A DNA stretch of 63,132 nucleotides, the filler included, from Octopus bimaculoides (taxonomy: Eukaryota): NCBI RefSeq assembly GCF_001194135.2. It is 5 parts of 5 records of this genome, joined end to end, with 100 filler letters (N's around TTAATTAATTAA, not from the genome) between each part and the next. Parts side by side here need not be neighbours in the genome. Positions count along the whole stretch, not along the records: positions 36,780 to 51,370 come from NC_069010.1; positions 51,471 to 63,132 come from NC_068986.1; 3 more parts are not named here. One strand, written 5' to 3'. The stretch's first letter is position 1. Each line of letters starts with the position of its first letter. Made by a program: the position numbers and the translations under genes. The notes beneath the pieces are model-generated. The model saw nothing but the letters and a program-made list of their open reading frames with translations. It made no database searches and was not told the origin of the DNA. Shown here one piece after another: positions 49,197-62,745 of this stretch.

Positions 49197-49540
49197 CATA
49201 GGTGCATGTGTCACTGGGGTAACAAGCTTGCTTACCAATCACATGGTTCCAGGTTCAGTCTCACTGCATGGCACCTTAGATGTAGCTGTGTGGTAAGAAG
49301 TTTGTTTCTCAACCACATGGTTCTGGGTTCAGTCCTATTATGTGGCACCTTGGGAAAGTGTCTCCTACTATAGGCGCAGCAGTGATTGTGTGGTAAGAGG
49401 CTTACTTCCCAACCACATGGTTCCAGGTTCAGTCCCACTGCGTGGCACCTTGAGCAAGTGTGACCTACTATAGCCTTGGACCGACCAAAGCCTTGTGAGT
49501 GGATTAGGTAGATGGAAAGTGAGAGAAACCCATCGTATAT
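49197..49540 (+). mobile_element. Three tandem SINE family A heads
   Basis: Three successive GTAA..CTTGCTT..AACCACATGGTTC..GGTTCAGTC units at about 49197, 49281 and 49371. Confidence 0.8.
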
Positions 49541-49842
49541 ATATATATATATATATAGATATAGATAGATAGTTCAGATTTAGCGAAAAATAAAAGATGA
49601 AGACAGGTGTAGGAACAACAAGCAGGTGTATTAGTTTGATGCTCAGGCAAAATGGAAAAGTCTTTTATGTTTTGAGCCTATGCTCTTTGACAGAAAGGAA
49701 TAAGAGGGAGAAAATGGAGAGAGAACGAAAAAATCAGAGAGAGAGAGCAAAAAAAAAGTGTAAAGTTCAGCAGTCTAAAAAAATTTTGTTCGTTTTTTTG
49801 TAATTGTGAAATTTTTTCTGATGTTATATCTGTTCCTGAATC

Positions 49843-50072
49843 ATCATCATCATCATCATCGTTTAACGTCCGCTTTCCATGCTAGCATGGGTTGGACGAT
49901 TTGACTGAGGACTGGTGAAACCGGATGGCAACACCAGGCTCCAGTCTGATTTGGCAGAGTTTCTACAGCTGGATGCCCTTCCTAACGCCAACCACTCAGA
50001 GAGTGTAGTGGGTGCTTTTACGTGTCACCCGCACGAAAACGGCCACGCTCGAAATGGTGTCTTTTATGTGCC
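49843..50072 (-). mobile_element. Family C (RTE 3' UTR) copy, well preserved
   Basis: (CAT)n GTTTAACGTCCGCTTTCCATGCTAGCATGGGTTGGACG..., running into the gap. Confidence 0.9.
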
Positions 50073-50804
50073 NNNNNNNNNNNNNNNNNNNNNNNNNNNN
50101 NNNNNNNNNNNNNNNNNNNNNNNNNNNNNNNNNNNNNNNNNNNNNNNNNNNNNNNNNNNNNNNNNNNNNNNNNNNNNNNNNNNNNNNNNNNNNNNNNNNN
50201 NNNNNNNNNNNNNNNNNNNNNNNNNNNNNNNNNNNNNNNNNNNNNNNNNNNNNNNNNNNNNNNNNNNNNNNNNNNNNNNNNNNNNNNNNNNNNNNNNNNN
50301 NNNNNNNNNNNNNNNNNNNNNNNNNNNNNNNNNNNNNNNNNNNNNNNNNNNNNNNNNNNNNNNNNNNNNNNNNNNNNNNNNNNNNNNNNNNNNNNNNNNN
50401 NNNNNNNNNNNNNNNNNNNNNNNNNNNNNNNNNNNNNNNNNNNNNNNNNNNNNNNNNNNNNNNNNNNNNNNNNNNNNNNNNNNNNNNNNNNNNNNNNNNN
50501 NNNNNNNNNNNNNNNNNNNNNNNNNNNNNNNNNNNNNNNNNNNNNNNNNNNNNNNNNNNNNNNNNNNNNNNNNNNNNNNNNNNNNNNNNNNNNNNNNNNN
50601 NNNNNNNNNNNNNNNNNNNNNNNNNNNNNNNNNNNNNNNNNNNNNNNNNNNNNNNNNNNNNNNNNNNNNNNNNNNNNNNNNNNNNNNNNNNNNNNNNNNN
50701 NNNNNNNNNNNNNNNNNNNNNNNNNNNNATATATATGTATGTATGTATATAAAAATGAGGTATAACTTTAAAGAAGGTTGTGTAAGGCCAACATATATAT
50801 TGTC

Positions 50805-50880
50805 CTCAGTCAATCGTCCTCAGTCAAATCGTCCAACCCATGCTAGCATGGAAAACGGACGTTAAACGATGATGATGATG
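50805..50880 (+). mobile_element. Family C extreme 3' end
   Basis: GTCCTCAGTCAAATCGTCCAACCCATGCTAGCATGGAAAACGGACGTTAAACGATGATG. Confidence 0.85.
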
Positions 50881-51269
50881 AAAGGTGAGAAAGAGAGAGA
50901 GCGAAAATGCTCAGAGAGACAGAGAGAGACAGAGAGAGAGAGAGTAATAGGTAGTTTCTAAGAGTGATACAGAAGTTTGTGTCAAAGAGATAAAGAGAGG
51001 AAAGTTTGGTGAGAGATGGAATATGAGATAAGGCATCCGAAACAAGAGGTGTCATTATGTGTAGGAGAGAAATAAGATGGTTTATAACAGGGTGGGAGAA
51101 AGGTATCTTAGAGTGCAAAGATGATTCTAAAATGTGTATCTTTATGTAGGTTCAAGCTATATGTATATATGTATGTGTGTGTATACACACATATATGTGT
51201 GTGTGTATATACATACATTCATACATACATATACTCATATATATATGAGAGTGTAAGCTTTACACAAGG

Positions 51270-51370
51270 TAGCAACACTGGAGCACTATGTACAGATACA
51301 CCTGAAATTGACTCTCTTCAACGCCCAGATGGCTCATTAGAAGTAATTGATAGCTTTCGTTACCTAGGTG
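51270..51370 (+). mobile_element. RTE RT fragment cut by the join
   Basis: PDGSLEVIDSFRYLG, homologous to LEVVGSSHYLG at ~21430. Confidence 0.75.
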
Positions 51371-51470
51371 NNNNNNNNNNNNNNNNNNNNNNNNNNNNNN
51401 NNNNNNNNNNNNNNTTAATTAATTAANNNNNNNNNNNNNNNNNNNNNNNNNNNNNNNNNNNNNNNNNNNN
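51371..51470. other. Assembly join with TTAATTAATTAA spacer
   Basis: 44 N + 12-mer (51415-51426) + 44 N. Confidence 0.95.
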
Positions 51471-51520
<50 letters not shown>

Positions 51521-51679
51521 TATATATACACATATACATATATATGCGTATATATATACATATACATACATATGCATATATATGCATATACATACGTATA
51601 TACATATATACATACATATGGACACACACACACACACACACACACAAATGTGTGTGTGCGTATTACTTACACATGTGTA

Positions 51680-51800
51680 TATCTGACATCCCAAGGATAG
51701 AAATAGTCCAAATTCTAAACAAAACCGGACTGAAGGTGATAGTCAAAATGTACAGTACAACAGTGAATTTCTTGGATATCAGGCTTAAAATATACCTACA
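51680..51800 (+). mobile_element. Short PLE RT remnant
   Basis: [28 protein letters not shown] resembles the PLE RT GLKITI...VNFLDVTL motif. Confidence 0.45.
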
Positions 51801-51855
51801 TTTGCAATTAATGAAATATTCAGGAGCATGGATTTTAGCTAAGAAAGCTTATTTT

Positions 51856-51857
<2 letters not shown>

Positions 51858-51943
<86 letters not shown>

Positions 51944-51948
51944 ACACA
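51858..51948. repeat. (CA)n microsatellite
   Basis: Direct observation. Confidence 0.98.
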
Positions 51949-54171
51949 GAGCTCATATGTAGTTTTAGGTGGATTTCAATACAATATAAGTTTAATGATG
52001 TACAAATGATAGGAAGACAACGTGGGGTTTTTGTATATATCTAATTTCTATACTTATGCACTCACACACACATACACACGTACACACATCGTTAGACACA
52101 AGCAACAAATATTCACTGAATGAGAATTTTCTTGTTTATCACACTAGAATGAATACGAGTGTCTAGAAATCATTACTTTTATATTAAAAAATATACATAG
52201 TTGTACCTATTAGCAGAATACATGGAGAGGATTTGATGGTCATGACATTAACTAGCGCCTGTAAGAGCACCATATTTATGAGTTATTCTTCATATCAGAA
52301 GTTTTTACCTGTCCCTTTGTGCAACGTTCACATCTATCATTTCTATTTTTACGCGGATCTAAGTTTTCAACGACTATTTACAAAAATATAGTATTGTATT
52401 GGAAAGCCAGATATAATTAAGGTGTTTCTTTGAACTCACACTTTCCTATGAGTCTACATAAAACGATATGACTATGAAATTGTTCTTTGTGCCAATAAAA
52501 TGTTTCTGAGTAGTATCAATTTTTAGAAATTCCAAACTAATCCGATCACAGATTTAGCTGAGCTTATTAACTTACATTTAGTATTAGAAGCGGTTATCTT
52601 AATAGTTCTAGTTCGTCATAAGCGCTTTATGTGTTTTGCTAAATGTTCAAGACTGCTATAAACGTTTCTGCTTACAGTTTTACATGCAGTTTTATGTTAT
52701 TTTATTACTGAGTAACATTTAATAATAAAATTCTTTAGAAAGATTAATACAAAAAGAGATAATTGATTTACTGAGTCAATGAGCTAACAGCATTGCAAAC
52801 ATTTTGTATGATAATGTGTAGAAGATAATTATTTGGTATAAAGCTGGATATACATAATTAGACAAAGGAAAATTTTATACACCAATCTCTAAAAGTGTTA
52901 TTATGTAAAAAATGAGATTTCACTACATCTTGAGTATCAAAGATCTTGGTCAGTAAGTTATAATAGACGCTATGAAGTAATTTCTATTTAGAAAGGACTC
53001 CCCTTGATTGTCATCGTTCGATCCTGCATACGACCTTATACATAATATATTTTGGATGAATAAATAAGGAGTTCACGTCTCTAAAATTTTGCTCTTACAG
53101 TAATGATGAACTAGAGGTTTCTGAAAATAACAATTGAAATATATAAAATCAACTAAAGAAAGAATATATGAAACATTCGGTCATTTTGGATGTAAACTAT
53201 CAGTGATAAGAAACTTAAGAATAGTTACTTGCCTGGAAAGCACCCGAAAATTGAATAGTAACACACACACATACACAAACACACGCATGTAAACACATAC
53301 AAATGCATGGGCATATAGCATTTAAAGAATGAAACGATCTCATTTATCAATAATGGTTCATGACATCCGCATTGAGAATTTAAAAATAAAATATTATCTC
53401 CGACACAAATACCATTTCGAAATTTTCTTCAAGAAAGACCACATTTGATAAGACAGGACCTTAAAACGATGGTCAGTGTATCCTCATTCTGAGACCTCAG
53501 GCCACAAACAAATATATTAAAATATTAGCTTTATACATCATACCAAACATTATACCCAGACTAGACAGTAGACGTGAAGACAATATCAAATGGTCTACGA
53601 ATGATTGCTGTAATGCAGAAGCCTTTAACTCAACAAGTCTGTGCATCAATACCAATAAAAAACAATAACAACAAAAAAAGCGTTATACTGGAATGTAGAA
53701 AAAGAAAGTTAAGACTTTTACAATCGTACCACTTCGATCAGGAACACTGAAAACAGTAATGCGATTAAACTCAAATTATATCTTGAATTCTAAAGTTATG
53801 CTTCCGAAAATGATATAAACTTGAAGATTAATGATAAATCACAGCCTCATAAAAATGATATCAATAGAAGTGAGCAAATCCTGATCCTAAAATAATGCTT
53901 ATGCCTAGAACAATGCTAGGTAAAAGCTGGCACACAAAATCTAGGTAAAAGCTGGCACACAAATATAATTGATATTATTGAGATGAGTAAAATTGCCTCG
54001 AATTTGTAATTGAATCACATCTGTTGTAATGTTTTCGTTGTGGGATTTATTTAGGTCTGCAGAATATTTGGGTTCACCCTCTTTTGATTTTTTATGGGGA
54101 ATCCCGTCTTACTGCAGCATGAAAGTTATATCATTCGCGTTATCAATATTACAGCGCGATAACCGTTATAT

Positions 54172-54651
54172 TATGTTGTGTCTGCGCAGAGTGATATTGT
54201 CTTAATCTCTTATTATCTAACACACTCACCGGTTCGATTTCCACTCATTTAATATCGATATTTTTTTTCCAAATTGTTTGCTTTTGCGACCTTCTCAATG
54301 GATGTTCACTTTGTCCGTTATTGGAGCTGCGTTCTTTTTTGTTTGTTTGGGCACATGTGCACGCACACATACATAGATACATACATATATATGTACACAC
54401 ACACACACACACACATACATACATACATACATATATATCTACATACGCAAGCACACATGCACGCTGACGCACACGCATACACACAGAAAAAACAGAACGC
54501 AACTCCGAAGTCAACATCCATTGACAAGGTTGCAAAAGCAAAGAATATTTTGTCCGAAAAGATATAAATAATAAATGAGTGGAAATCGAACCGGTGCGTG
54601 TGTTAGATAATAAAGCATTAAGACAATATGACTCTCCCCAGACACAGCATA
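54172..54651. mobile_element. Foldback MITE-like element with ~150-bp inverted arms around a microsatellite
   Basis: 54173-54340 is reverse-complementary to 54487-54650 (e.g. ATTATCTAACACAC.CACCGGTTCGATTTCCACTCATTTA); TA at both ends. Confidence 0.8.
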
Positions 54652-55254
54652 GTTTGGTTCAACACACGAATTCTCATAAACGAAACAACCATCATACTTC
54701 ATGAAAAAAGAAATCTTCCCAATTATTGTATCTCCTTAAATGCGGCCATTAATTTCAACTTGGCAATTAATGAAATCAAAATTCTCCTAAAGTATATCAT
54801 GCGTTGTATCCACATAAGTTTTTTTTCATTTGCAGTGACCCCCAGATTCAGTGACCCCCTGATTCAGTGACCCCCTGGTAAGGATCCTTCGTCAGAAGTT
54901 TTACAACTTGCTTGTTGAATTATGTATGTAACCACAGATAAGTATCAATAATTCTGATTCTTAATAAGTATTACAGCATATGCCATCGCCGTCTGTTTTG
55001 GGACATTTCTCACGCTATCACTAGCTATCGATAACGTGTCAACCTAAATGGGAAGATAGGGCGCAGCGCTTTGGATGCTGATGATTTGGCTCCGCTGACT
55101 GAACGTTCAACATGCCTTGCTAACACTATGTATTCGCACTGCAGGCTTACACACATACCTCCCACACACGCACGCACGTACGCGCGCACACACGCACACA
55201 CACAAAAGCACGCACGCGCATGCATATAAACGCATCACACACCAGCGCACGCAG

Positions 55255-55288
<34 letters not shown>

Positions 55289-56089
55289 CGATGAAACTAG
55301 TGAGAAAGTGTGGGAGAGAGACACATTACAGTTTAGTAATTGAACATCATTGACAGAAACGCTTTTCATCTCCTCATTCACATTAATATGCAGGGTATCT
55401 GTGCGTGTGGGTGATCAGACACACGCAAAAAGGCACATGAGGTGGAGGGGGAACTGAGAGAATGATACAGAGAGAATGAGTAAGAGAAGGAGAGTAAAAG
55501 AGAAACGTTAATAGGAGATAAACAATAGAACGACTGGTGTCAAATAAGTCGGCGCCAAAACGGCTGCGCCAAAGCGATTTATACTCCGTAGGAAGATACA
55601 CTGAATATTATTTCTTTCCGTAGAGTAAAATTGTTGAACTTAGGCGATAAGCAGTGTCATCTTTTACTGCAATATTTAATCCACACGCCATACTTTCCCA
55701 AGTTTAGAGTTGATTTAACTGACCTGTGATTAACGTCGTTAATATTTTTTCAATATTAATTCAAGCAATATGCCTCTACGATTAGATTATTCAAACGGTT
55801 TTCATAGAAGCCAAATCTGGTGTGAAGCAGGTTCGGCCGCTATTCATAACAAGTCAAACGAGAGGAAAGAGGGCCGCAGGTTTAATATTTTCGAAGTTCC
55901 TTAATAGGTTGTGACATTCATTACAACGCCAATAATGGCTGCAAAGTTTAAAATGACAAGAGTTTACAACTGCGTGAATATATGACTCCAATGTACATTA
56001 GATACTACAAACAATTAGAATTTCAATTTCGTTGCTTAGCGACGAGAAATAAATTAGATGTTGATTTAAATGAGACTAACACTGAAATG

Positions 56090-56161
56090 TAATGATGAAG
56101 ATGGTTATGATGATGATGACAATGAACGACGAATATGATGATGAAGGTGATGGTGATGACA

Positions 56162-56208
<47 letters not shown>

Positions 56209-56370
56209 TATTATTATGATGATGGTTATAATAATGACTAGAGTGGTGATTGCGATGCTGATTATTAGGATGAAAATAATTGCAGTGATGATGATGATGA
56301 TGATAACGTCAGTGTGATGGCGATGACGATGACGACAATGATGACGATGACGACAATGATGACGATGACA
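56090..56370. repeat. (GAT)n / (GATGAC)n microsatellite complex
   Basis: Direct observation; accounts for the poly-M and poly-I ORFs here. Confidence 0.95.
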
Positions 56371-57060
56371 AAGAATATTATTAAGATGTTTATGAAAAAT
56401 GGTGAGAAAGCCGTAAAGAACAGAAAAGAAAAGGGAGAATGATATTTTAGATATCGGGCAACACATTTAATCAATTAAGTTAAATCATTAAAAAATATTC
56501 TTTCATGCAAATATAAAACACAAGGTTAATACATGTCATTATTTTAAGCTGTCTCATTAGTGTAACGTTTTCATCACTAAAATCTTCTTTCTCTCAGTAA
56601 TTCTAGAATATATTAGGAAAATTCAAGCTATATTACTCTAATGAGGTTTAATAAAATCGAAATATGACAGCAGTTGACAATGTACTTAGCAACAAATGTC
56701 GAATTCATTGCTCAAATTGTGCCCCCACCCCCCATATAAAATTGGAATTTCATTTCTGGGTTGTCTCCTCTGCCGCTATAGATATCGCTAAAATTTAATG
56801 TCGTATGTATAAAACTTTACGGCTGTAATTTTACTTTTAAAAAATCCTTTGTTTAACACGTTCCAAATATTAGCTTTACTTCACAAAGTTTACACATTGG
56901 TAGGAAACAACCGCTATGATTATACACATAAACACACACACATGCGCATGTGCACGCGCGTGTGTATATATATATGTATATATATATATACATATACACA
57001 TACAAAAATGTGTGTGCAATATGCATACGTATACACACACACACACACGCACACACACAC

Positions 57061-57118
<58 letters not shown>

Positions 57119-57359
57119 NNNNNNNNNNNNNNNNNNNNNNNNNNNNNNNNNNNNNNNNNNNNNNNNNNNNNNNNNNNNNNNNNNNNNNNNNNNNNNNNNN
57201 NNNNNNNNNNNNNNNNNNNNNNNNNNNNNNNNNNNNNNNNNNNNNNNNNNNNNNNNNNNNNNNNNNNNNNNNNNNNNNNNNNNNNNNNNNNNNNNNNNNN
57301 NNNNNNNNNNNNNNNNNNNNNNNNNNNNNNNNNNNNNNNNNNNNTTATTGTTATTGTTG

Positions 57360-57405
<46 letters not shown>

Positions 57406-57734
57406 GTTTTTTTTCTTCTTTCTTCAAATTTTCTTCCATTTCTCGCCGAGTGTTTTCCGTACACCTAGGGCAGAGAAACTCGTTGTATGCATTCCCAGGT
57501 TACACACGCAAATTCACAGGTAAAACATGTATTTAAGAAAAAATAATTAATTAATGTTGTTTTCATAGCGATAATGCTCTTCTCAGTACATGAGTCGTTC
57601 CAGTTAGCACGACTGTTTGCACTTCCTGTAGGGATGGTAAGCCTGGTATCATTTTCAAATAGGTTTCAGTACCTTTTTTTATCATTCCTAGAGATCCTAC
57701 AATCACTGGTATGGTAGTCGCCTTGAAGTGCCAC

Positions 57735-57736
<2 letters not shown>

Positions 57737-57802
<66 letters not shown>
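57737..57802. repeat. (ATT)n microsatellite
   Basis: Direct observation. Confidence 0.97.
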
Positions 57803-57804
<2 letters not shown>

Positions 57805-57819
57805 CTTCAATTTGTTCAG

Positions 57820-58570
57820 GAAGAGGTTGTGACCAATCTGGAGCACTGCCGTTAGCTTCAATATTTGTTTATTTTGCACCTATTTCACGGCCGCATCTCC
57901 GGAATCGTTCGTGATGAAATAGTGAGACGGACAGAGCTACCCTTGCTTGTATTTCTTGCCAGGTGTGGGCTCATACGGTATCTCATAACGATTTATTTAA
58001 ATGTGTCCAATGAACGCATCCACATCTTCTGCTCGTAGATCTCTGAGGCCTTTTGGCAATGTGTTAAAAGGTTATATTTTGACACCTATGCTATTGGAGT
58101 ACCGGCTCCTCACACTGGATGGAGTCAATTGCATATGTGGTACTAAACTGTAGTGTCCAATCTGTGATTTATATGCCTTACAGCCGCATAGTTAGGTCAT
58201 AGAACTTTGAGGATCTACCGTATATATAAATCTATCTCTGTATATCTTCCGTGTCTTGTTTCTAGGTGTTAAACAGCCTTAGTTTGTTTAGCCTTTCGCA
58301 GTAGCTCATCAGATAGACCAGGACAATGTTCTTGGTGCAAAGGCGTCGAATTGCTGAGTCTTGTACTGTTAGTGTGACACTTTGTGGAGACTATAATTTC
58401 ACTCCAGCTGACCGAGACCAAAAGCTCTCCACTAGAGCAGTATCCTTAGTCCTTTCTTTTTTCTGTGTTCAAAATGATCTCAAAATCCAACCAATTAGTC
58501 TCCTGCAGATTGTTGTCTTCTTAATAGTAGTCATACGGTACTGTATTCCTTTCTCGGACCTTGATCTGAT
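57820..58570 (-). mobile_element. CR1/L2-group LINE 3' fragment, old
   Basis: Minus readings CRRLIGWILRSF, L.SPQSV, SYCERLNKLRLF and YSNSIGVK..FNTLPKGLRDL...DVDAF. Confidence 0.72.
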
Positions 58571-59288
58571 TAAGTACATGAAATTATACATATACGCTTA
58601 TGTATGTATGTATGTATGTATGTATGTATGTATGGATGGATGGATGTATGCACGTATACATACATACATACATGTGTATATATATATATATATATATCAT
58701 ACATATATGCTCACATATATGTACATACATATGTGTGTGTGTGTGCTGTATTGCGATAGATCAATATATATCGATCTGTTGCAATACATTTAAAAATATA
58801 TTTTTTAAAAAAGAATCAGTGATAAATTCTGAATAGGAAGTACAGTTTCGATACAGAGCCTGATAAAAGAACCTCAGCAAAGAAAGAAAAGATAAGGAAG
58901 AAGAAATCCACTAAAGAACAAGAGATCAAAGGAAAGCAGTGAGCCGACAGAAAGGAATAAATAAATATAGAAACAAAATATCGTTTTTTTTTTAAATATT
59001 AAATGTGAGTTAATAGTTTTAGAAATAATATATATTTGCTTCTGCCTTTCTTTCGGTTCTCTAATTTTTCTTTGATCTGTTTTTCGTACCTGATTTTCTT
59101 CTTCTTTTTGACAGTTCATTTTCTTTTCTATCTGATGTGTGATTCTATTATCAGTCTATAATAACACTACTTCATCTTCAACGTTCATCAATTATTCGAT
59201 TAGAAAAAATATTTGATTGAAATTCGACAAATGAAGTATCAGGATAAGGATCTCTAGTCAGTTTTGTCCGTATGCAATCTCTTATACG

Positions 59289-59320
<32 letters not shown>

Positions 59321-60294
59321 NNNNNNNNNNNNNNNNNNNNNNNNNNNNNNNNNNNNNNNNNNNNNNNNNNNNNNNNNNNNNNNNNNNNNNNNNNNNNNNN
59401 NNNNNNNNNNNNNNNNNNNNNNNNNNNNNNNNNNNNNNNNNNNNNNNNNNNNNNNNNNNNNNNNNNNNNNNNNNNNNNNNNNNNNNNNNNNNNNNNNNNN
59501 NNNNNNNNNNNNNNNNNNNNNNNNNNNNNNNNNNNNNNNNNNNNNNNNNNNNNNNNNNNNNNNNNNNNNNNNNNNNNNNNNNNNNNNNNNNNNNNNNNNN
59601 NNNNNNNNNNNNNNNNNNNNNNNNNNNNNNNNNNNNNNNNNNNNNNNNNNNNNNNNNNNNNNNNNNNNNNNNNNNNNNNNNNNNNNNNNNNNNNNNNNNN
59701 NNNNNNNNNNNNNNNNNNNNNNNNNNNNNNNNNNNNNNNNNGATATAGATTAATATTTATACATATTGTACACTTAAATACTAACTCATCAAATGGTATC
59801 TGTGAATATTGATTAATTAGTATATACTGATATTAATAAAGTAGTGTTGAGGTAAAAGAACATGCTAATTATATATTATAAAATTATAATCTAAACAGTT
59901 TTTAATAAGTAGTGAATCTACTAGAATAGATTTTATATAAGCTAAGTATGAATTTATAGAGATACAAAAATTTGATTAATTTTATAAATAAATAAAGGCT
60001 AATTATAAAATAATAAAGAAATAAAGTAATCCAGTAAGGCAGAGCACCATAGAAAAGGAATAAAACAGCTTAATTACTAATACTATGGTAAAGTATATGA
60101 AGCTTATTAACAACAATAGAGAAGATTTATAGAAAACGTATAATAATTCAAGATATATTAGACTAAAAATTATATATTTATTTAGCGAAATAAGTAGCGA
60201 TTTACTTATACATGTATATATGTATGTCTATATGTAGATGTATATATATGTATGTATGTAAGTATGTATATGTATGTATATATGTATGCATGTT

Positions 60295-60985
60295 TAAGAG
60301 GTTCAGTTCAAATGTGCGGCATCTCGGCCAAGCGTTTTCTTCTCTATCCTTCACAGAAAATCCCTCGTGTGTGTTGATAGACGGAAACTACGAGGAGTCA
60401 TGTTGTGGGAATATCTAATGAAGAAATTCGATAGAAATATGGAATTCTTATATGCCCTTTCCATCTTTTCATTCATAGGAAAAAAGATTTCTCAATATAA
60501 GGAAAGATATATTCATAAACCTAAAGGTGTTTCTGTCCTCTTCAGCAGAATATTCACTCCCTCACTCAACTCATAATAATCAATATGGGATGACAAGGAA
60601 TGTGTATAGTGTAAGGTGTTGCGTCACGAATTATGTCTAATCTGGCCGTCGTTGTAGAGATATAAAGTAGGAATGTAGATCAGGACGCTGTCCGTTAACG
60701 TACAAATTGATTGGGCATCGTTCATCTATTAAGCTCATATGGAAGTCACGAGAGAAGGTCACATTAAAGCTATGTTTGTGTGTGTATGTGTCTTTATCTC
60801 CTCACCACTACCACTTGACTTGCCATGCTATTGGTAAGCAAGCAGTTCGTTAAATGGAACCGATTGAATAATTAAAAGACTTAAACAGATTAAGAATTGG
60901 TGTTGGTTTTGCCCAATTAAACTCTTCAAGGCGATGCCAAAGCATAACCACGATCCAGTGACCGAAACAAGTTAAAGAAAAAAGG
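60295..60985 (+). mobile_element. Very degenerate SINE family A pieces (head ~60295-60410, tail ~60790-60985)
   Basis: GATAGACGGAAACT and TCAAGGCGATGCCAAAGCAT..TGACCGAAACAAG remnants. Confidence 0.5.
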
Positions 60986-61086
60986 TCAAAAATTTAAAGC
61001 GAGAAATTCTCCATGACAAATTGCAGAGAAAACGGATGTTTTGCTGATAAAATATGCCCCAGAACTTAAATATACATGCACGCACG

Positions 61087-61092
<6 letters not shown>

Positions 61093-61160
<68 letters not shown>
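61093..61160. repeat. (CA)n microsatellite
   Basis: Direct observation. Confidence 0.98.
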
Positions 61161-61163
<3 letters not shown>

Positions 61164-62551
61164 TGATGTAAGGGATACTGCTTCTGTATCGAAAGCAGGT
61201 CTTGAATTTACTAACCTAAGTGCATAATAAACAAACACTGAAGGACAAAAATACTCTCAAACCGTTGCTTGCCATTCATTGTTTTGAAATTACGAATCAT
61301 ACGAACTAAATCTCTATACTTGTGGAATTGTGTCTTTGTTTTATTAAGTGCTGTACACTTGGTCATAAGCAACTAGTTCGATCACATAAAATAACAAAAT
61401 ATAATTATTAAACTTTGCTCTTGATCATAAAATGTAGATAAATACGTCGTAATGTTAGTAGCGTTGCTACACGATAAATAGAACTTGCTCTCATTGTCGC
61501 GTCAATTCACTCTCAGCTGAATATGAACTTAAATTAGAAAGTAACAGAACTGTATACACCACTTCATATTAGCTGACATTCTCCAATATCTGAAACTCCA
61601 ACCGCTTTGAACAACAGGAACAGTAGTGAACCACTGATTATGCCGTCGCTCGACATGCTAAATATACCAACCAACTTCTCTAAATTCTAACTCTAACACA
61701 TTAAAACAGAACTCATAGTCTATCTAGTATAAAATTCACGAAAAACAAAGCAATGATTGCTGAAATACAATCACGGTCGACATGTGGCTGAAACCACAAC
61801 AGTAATAGAAACTACACCGGCAGTTCTCGGTTAAGTGATTTTTTAATAATCTTTAATCCTCAGTCCGTTCCCTAAAACACTACTTTTCGGCTAGTCAGTG
61901 CCTTATACTAGCTTCCAATCCGTGGCAGTTTTCTCACGTTTCTTTTGAAGATTTCTGTACCAAGCTAGTTATGTTTTTCAGAAGTTGCTTTCCCTCGCTC
62001 AACACTTCTCTGTTAGAGCTGCTTGGCATCATTATTTATAGGACATTACACGAAGAGACAAATCCCAATTTACAATCTAAGAAAGACACATTCATTGAAT
62101 ACTATGTAAATTTATTGCACTGGCATTTGTATAGTTCTGAGGATAATATAGGAAATTTTGGCATGACCAGCTGAGCTGTTTATGATAAACAAATTAGAAG
62201 TGTCTGTTCAAAGAATATGTGGAAAACTGAAACAATCGGAATTTTCGTCTTTCTTTCCTCAAAATCTTCAGATCTGGCACCCAACACATGAAGTCATGAG
62301 CAATCTAGGGGGGGGGGGCATGATTTTTTTAAAATATATATGATTGATTAAATTTCTTTAGGATTATTTCAGAAACTAATGAACCTAGGAGATAATTTAT
62401 CAATGATAACACAGTAGTGTCATCAGACAGTATACGGGTACTTCAGAGGACCTACTTCATTACAGACATTCAGGCGAGTTTTCCTGTTTAACTTTTCGTC
62501 CCATAAGTTTTATCAGCCAACAAAATTATTTAATATTTTATTTTAAAAAGT

Positions 62552-62745
62552 GGCGAGATGGCAGAAACTTTAGCACGTTGCGCGAAATGCTTAGCGGTAT
62601 TTCGCCTGTCTTTACGTTCTGAGTTCAAATTCCGCCGAGGTCGACTTTGCCTTTCATCCTTTCGGGGTCGATTAATTAAGTACCAGTTGCGTACTGGTCC
62701 CTACCCCCCAAAATGTCGGGACTTGTGCGCAGAGCAGAAAAGAAT
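62552..62745 (+). mobile_element. SINE family B copy
   Basis: High identity to 40268-40420. Confidence 0.9.

Noticed and set aside
57451-57520. Possible plus-strand exon ending CAG|GTAAAA with open frame VFRTPRAEKLVVCIPRLHTQIHR
   Set aside because: Weak GAG acceptor, no homology, and easily a chance occurrence.
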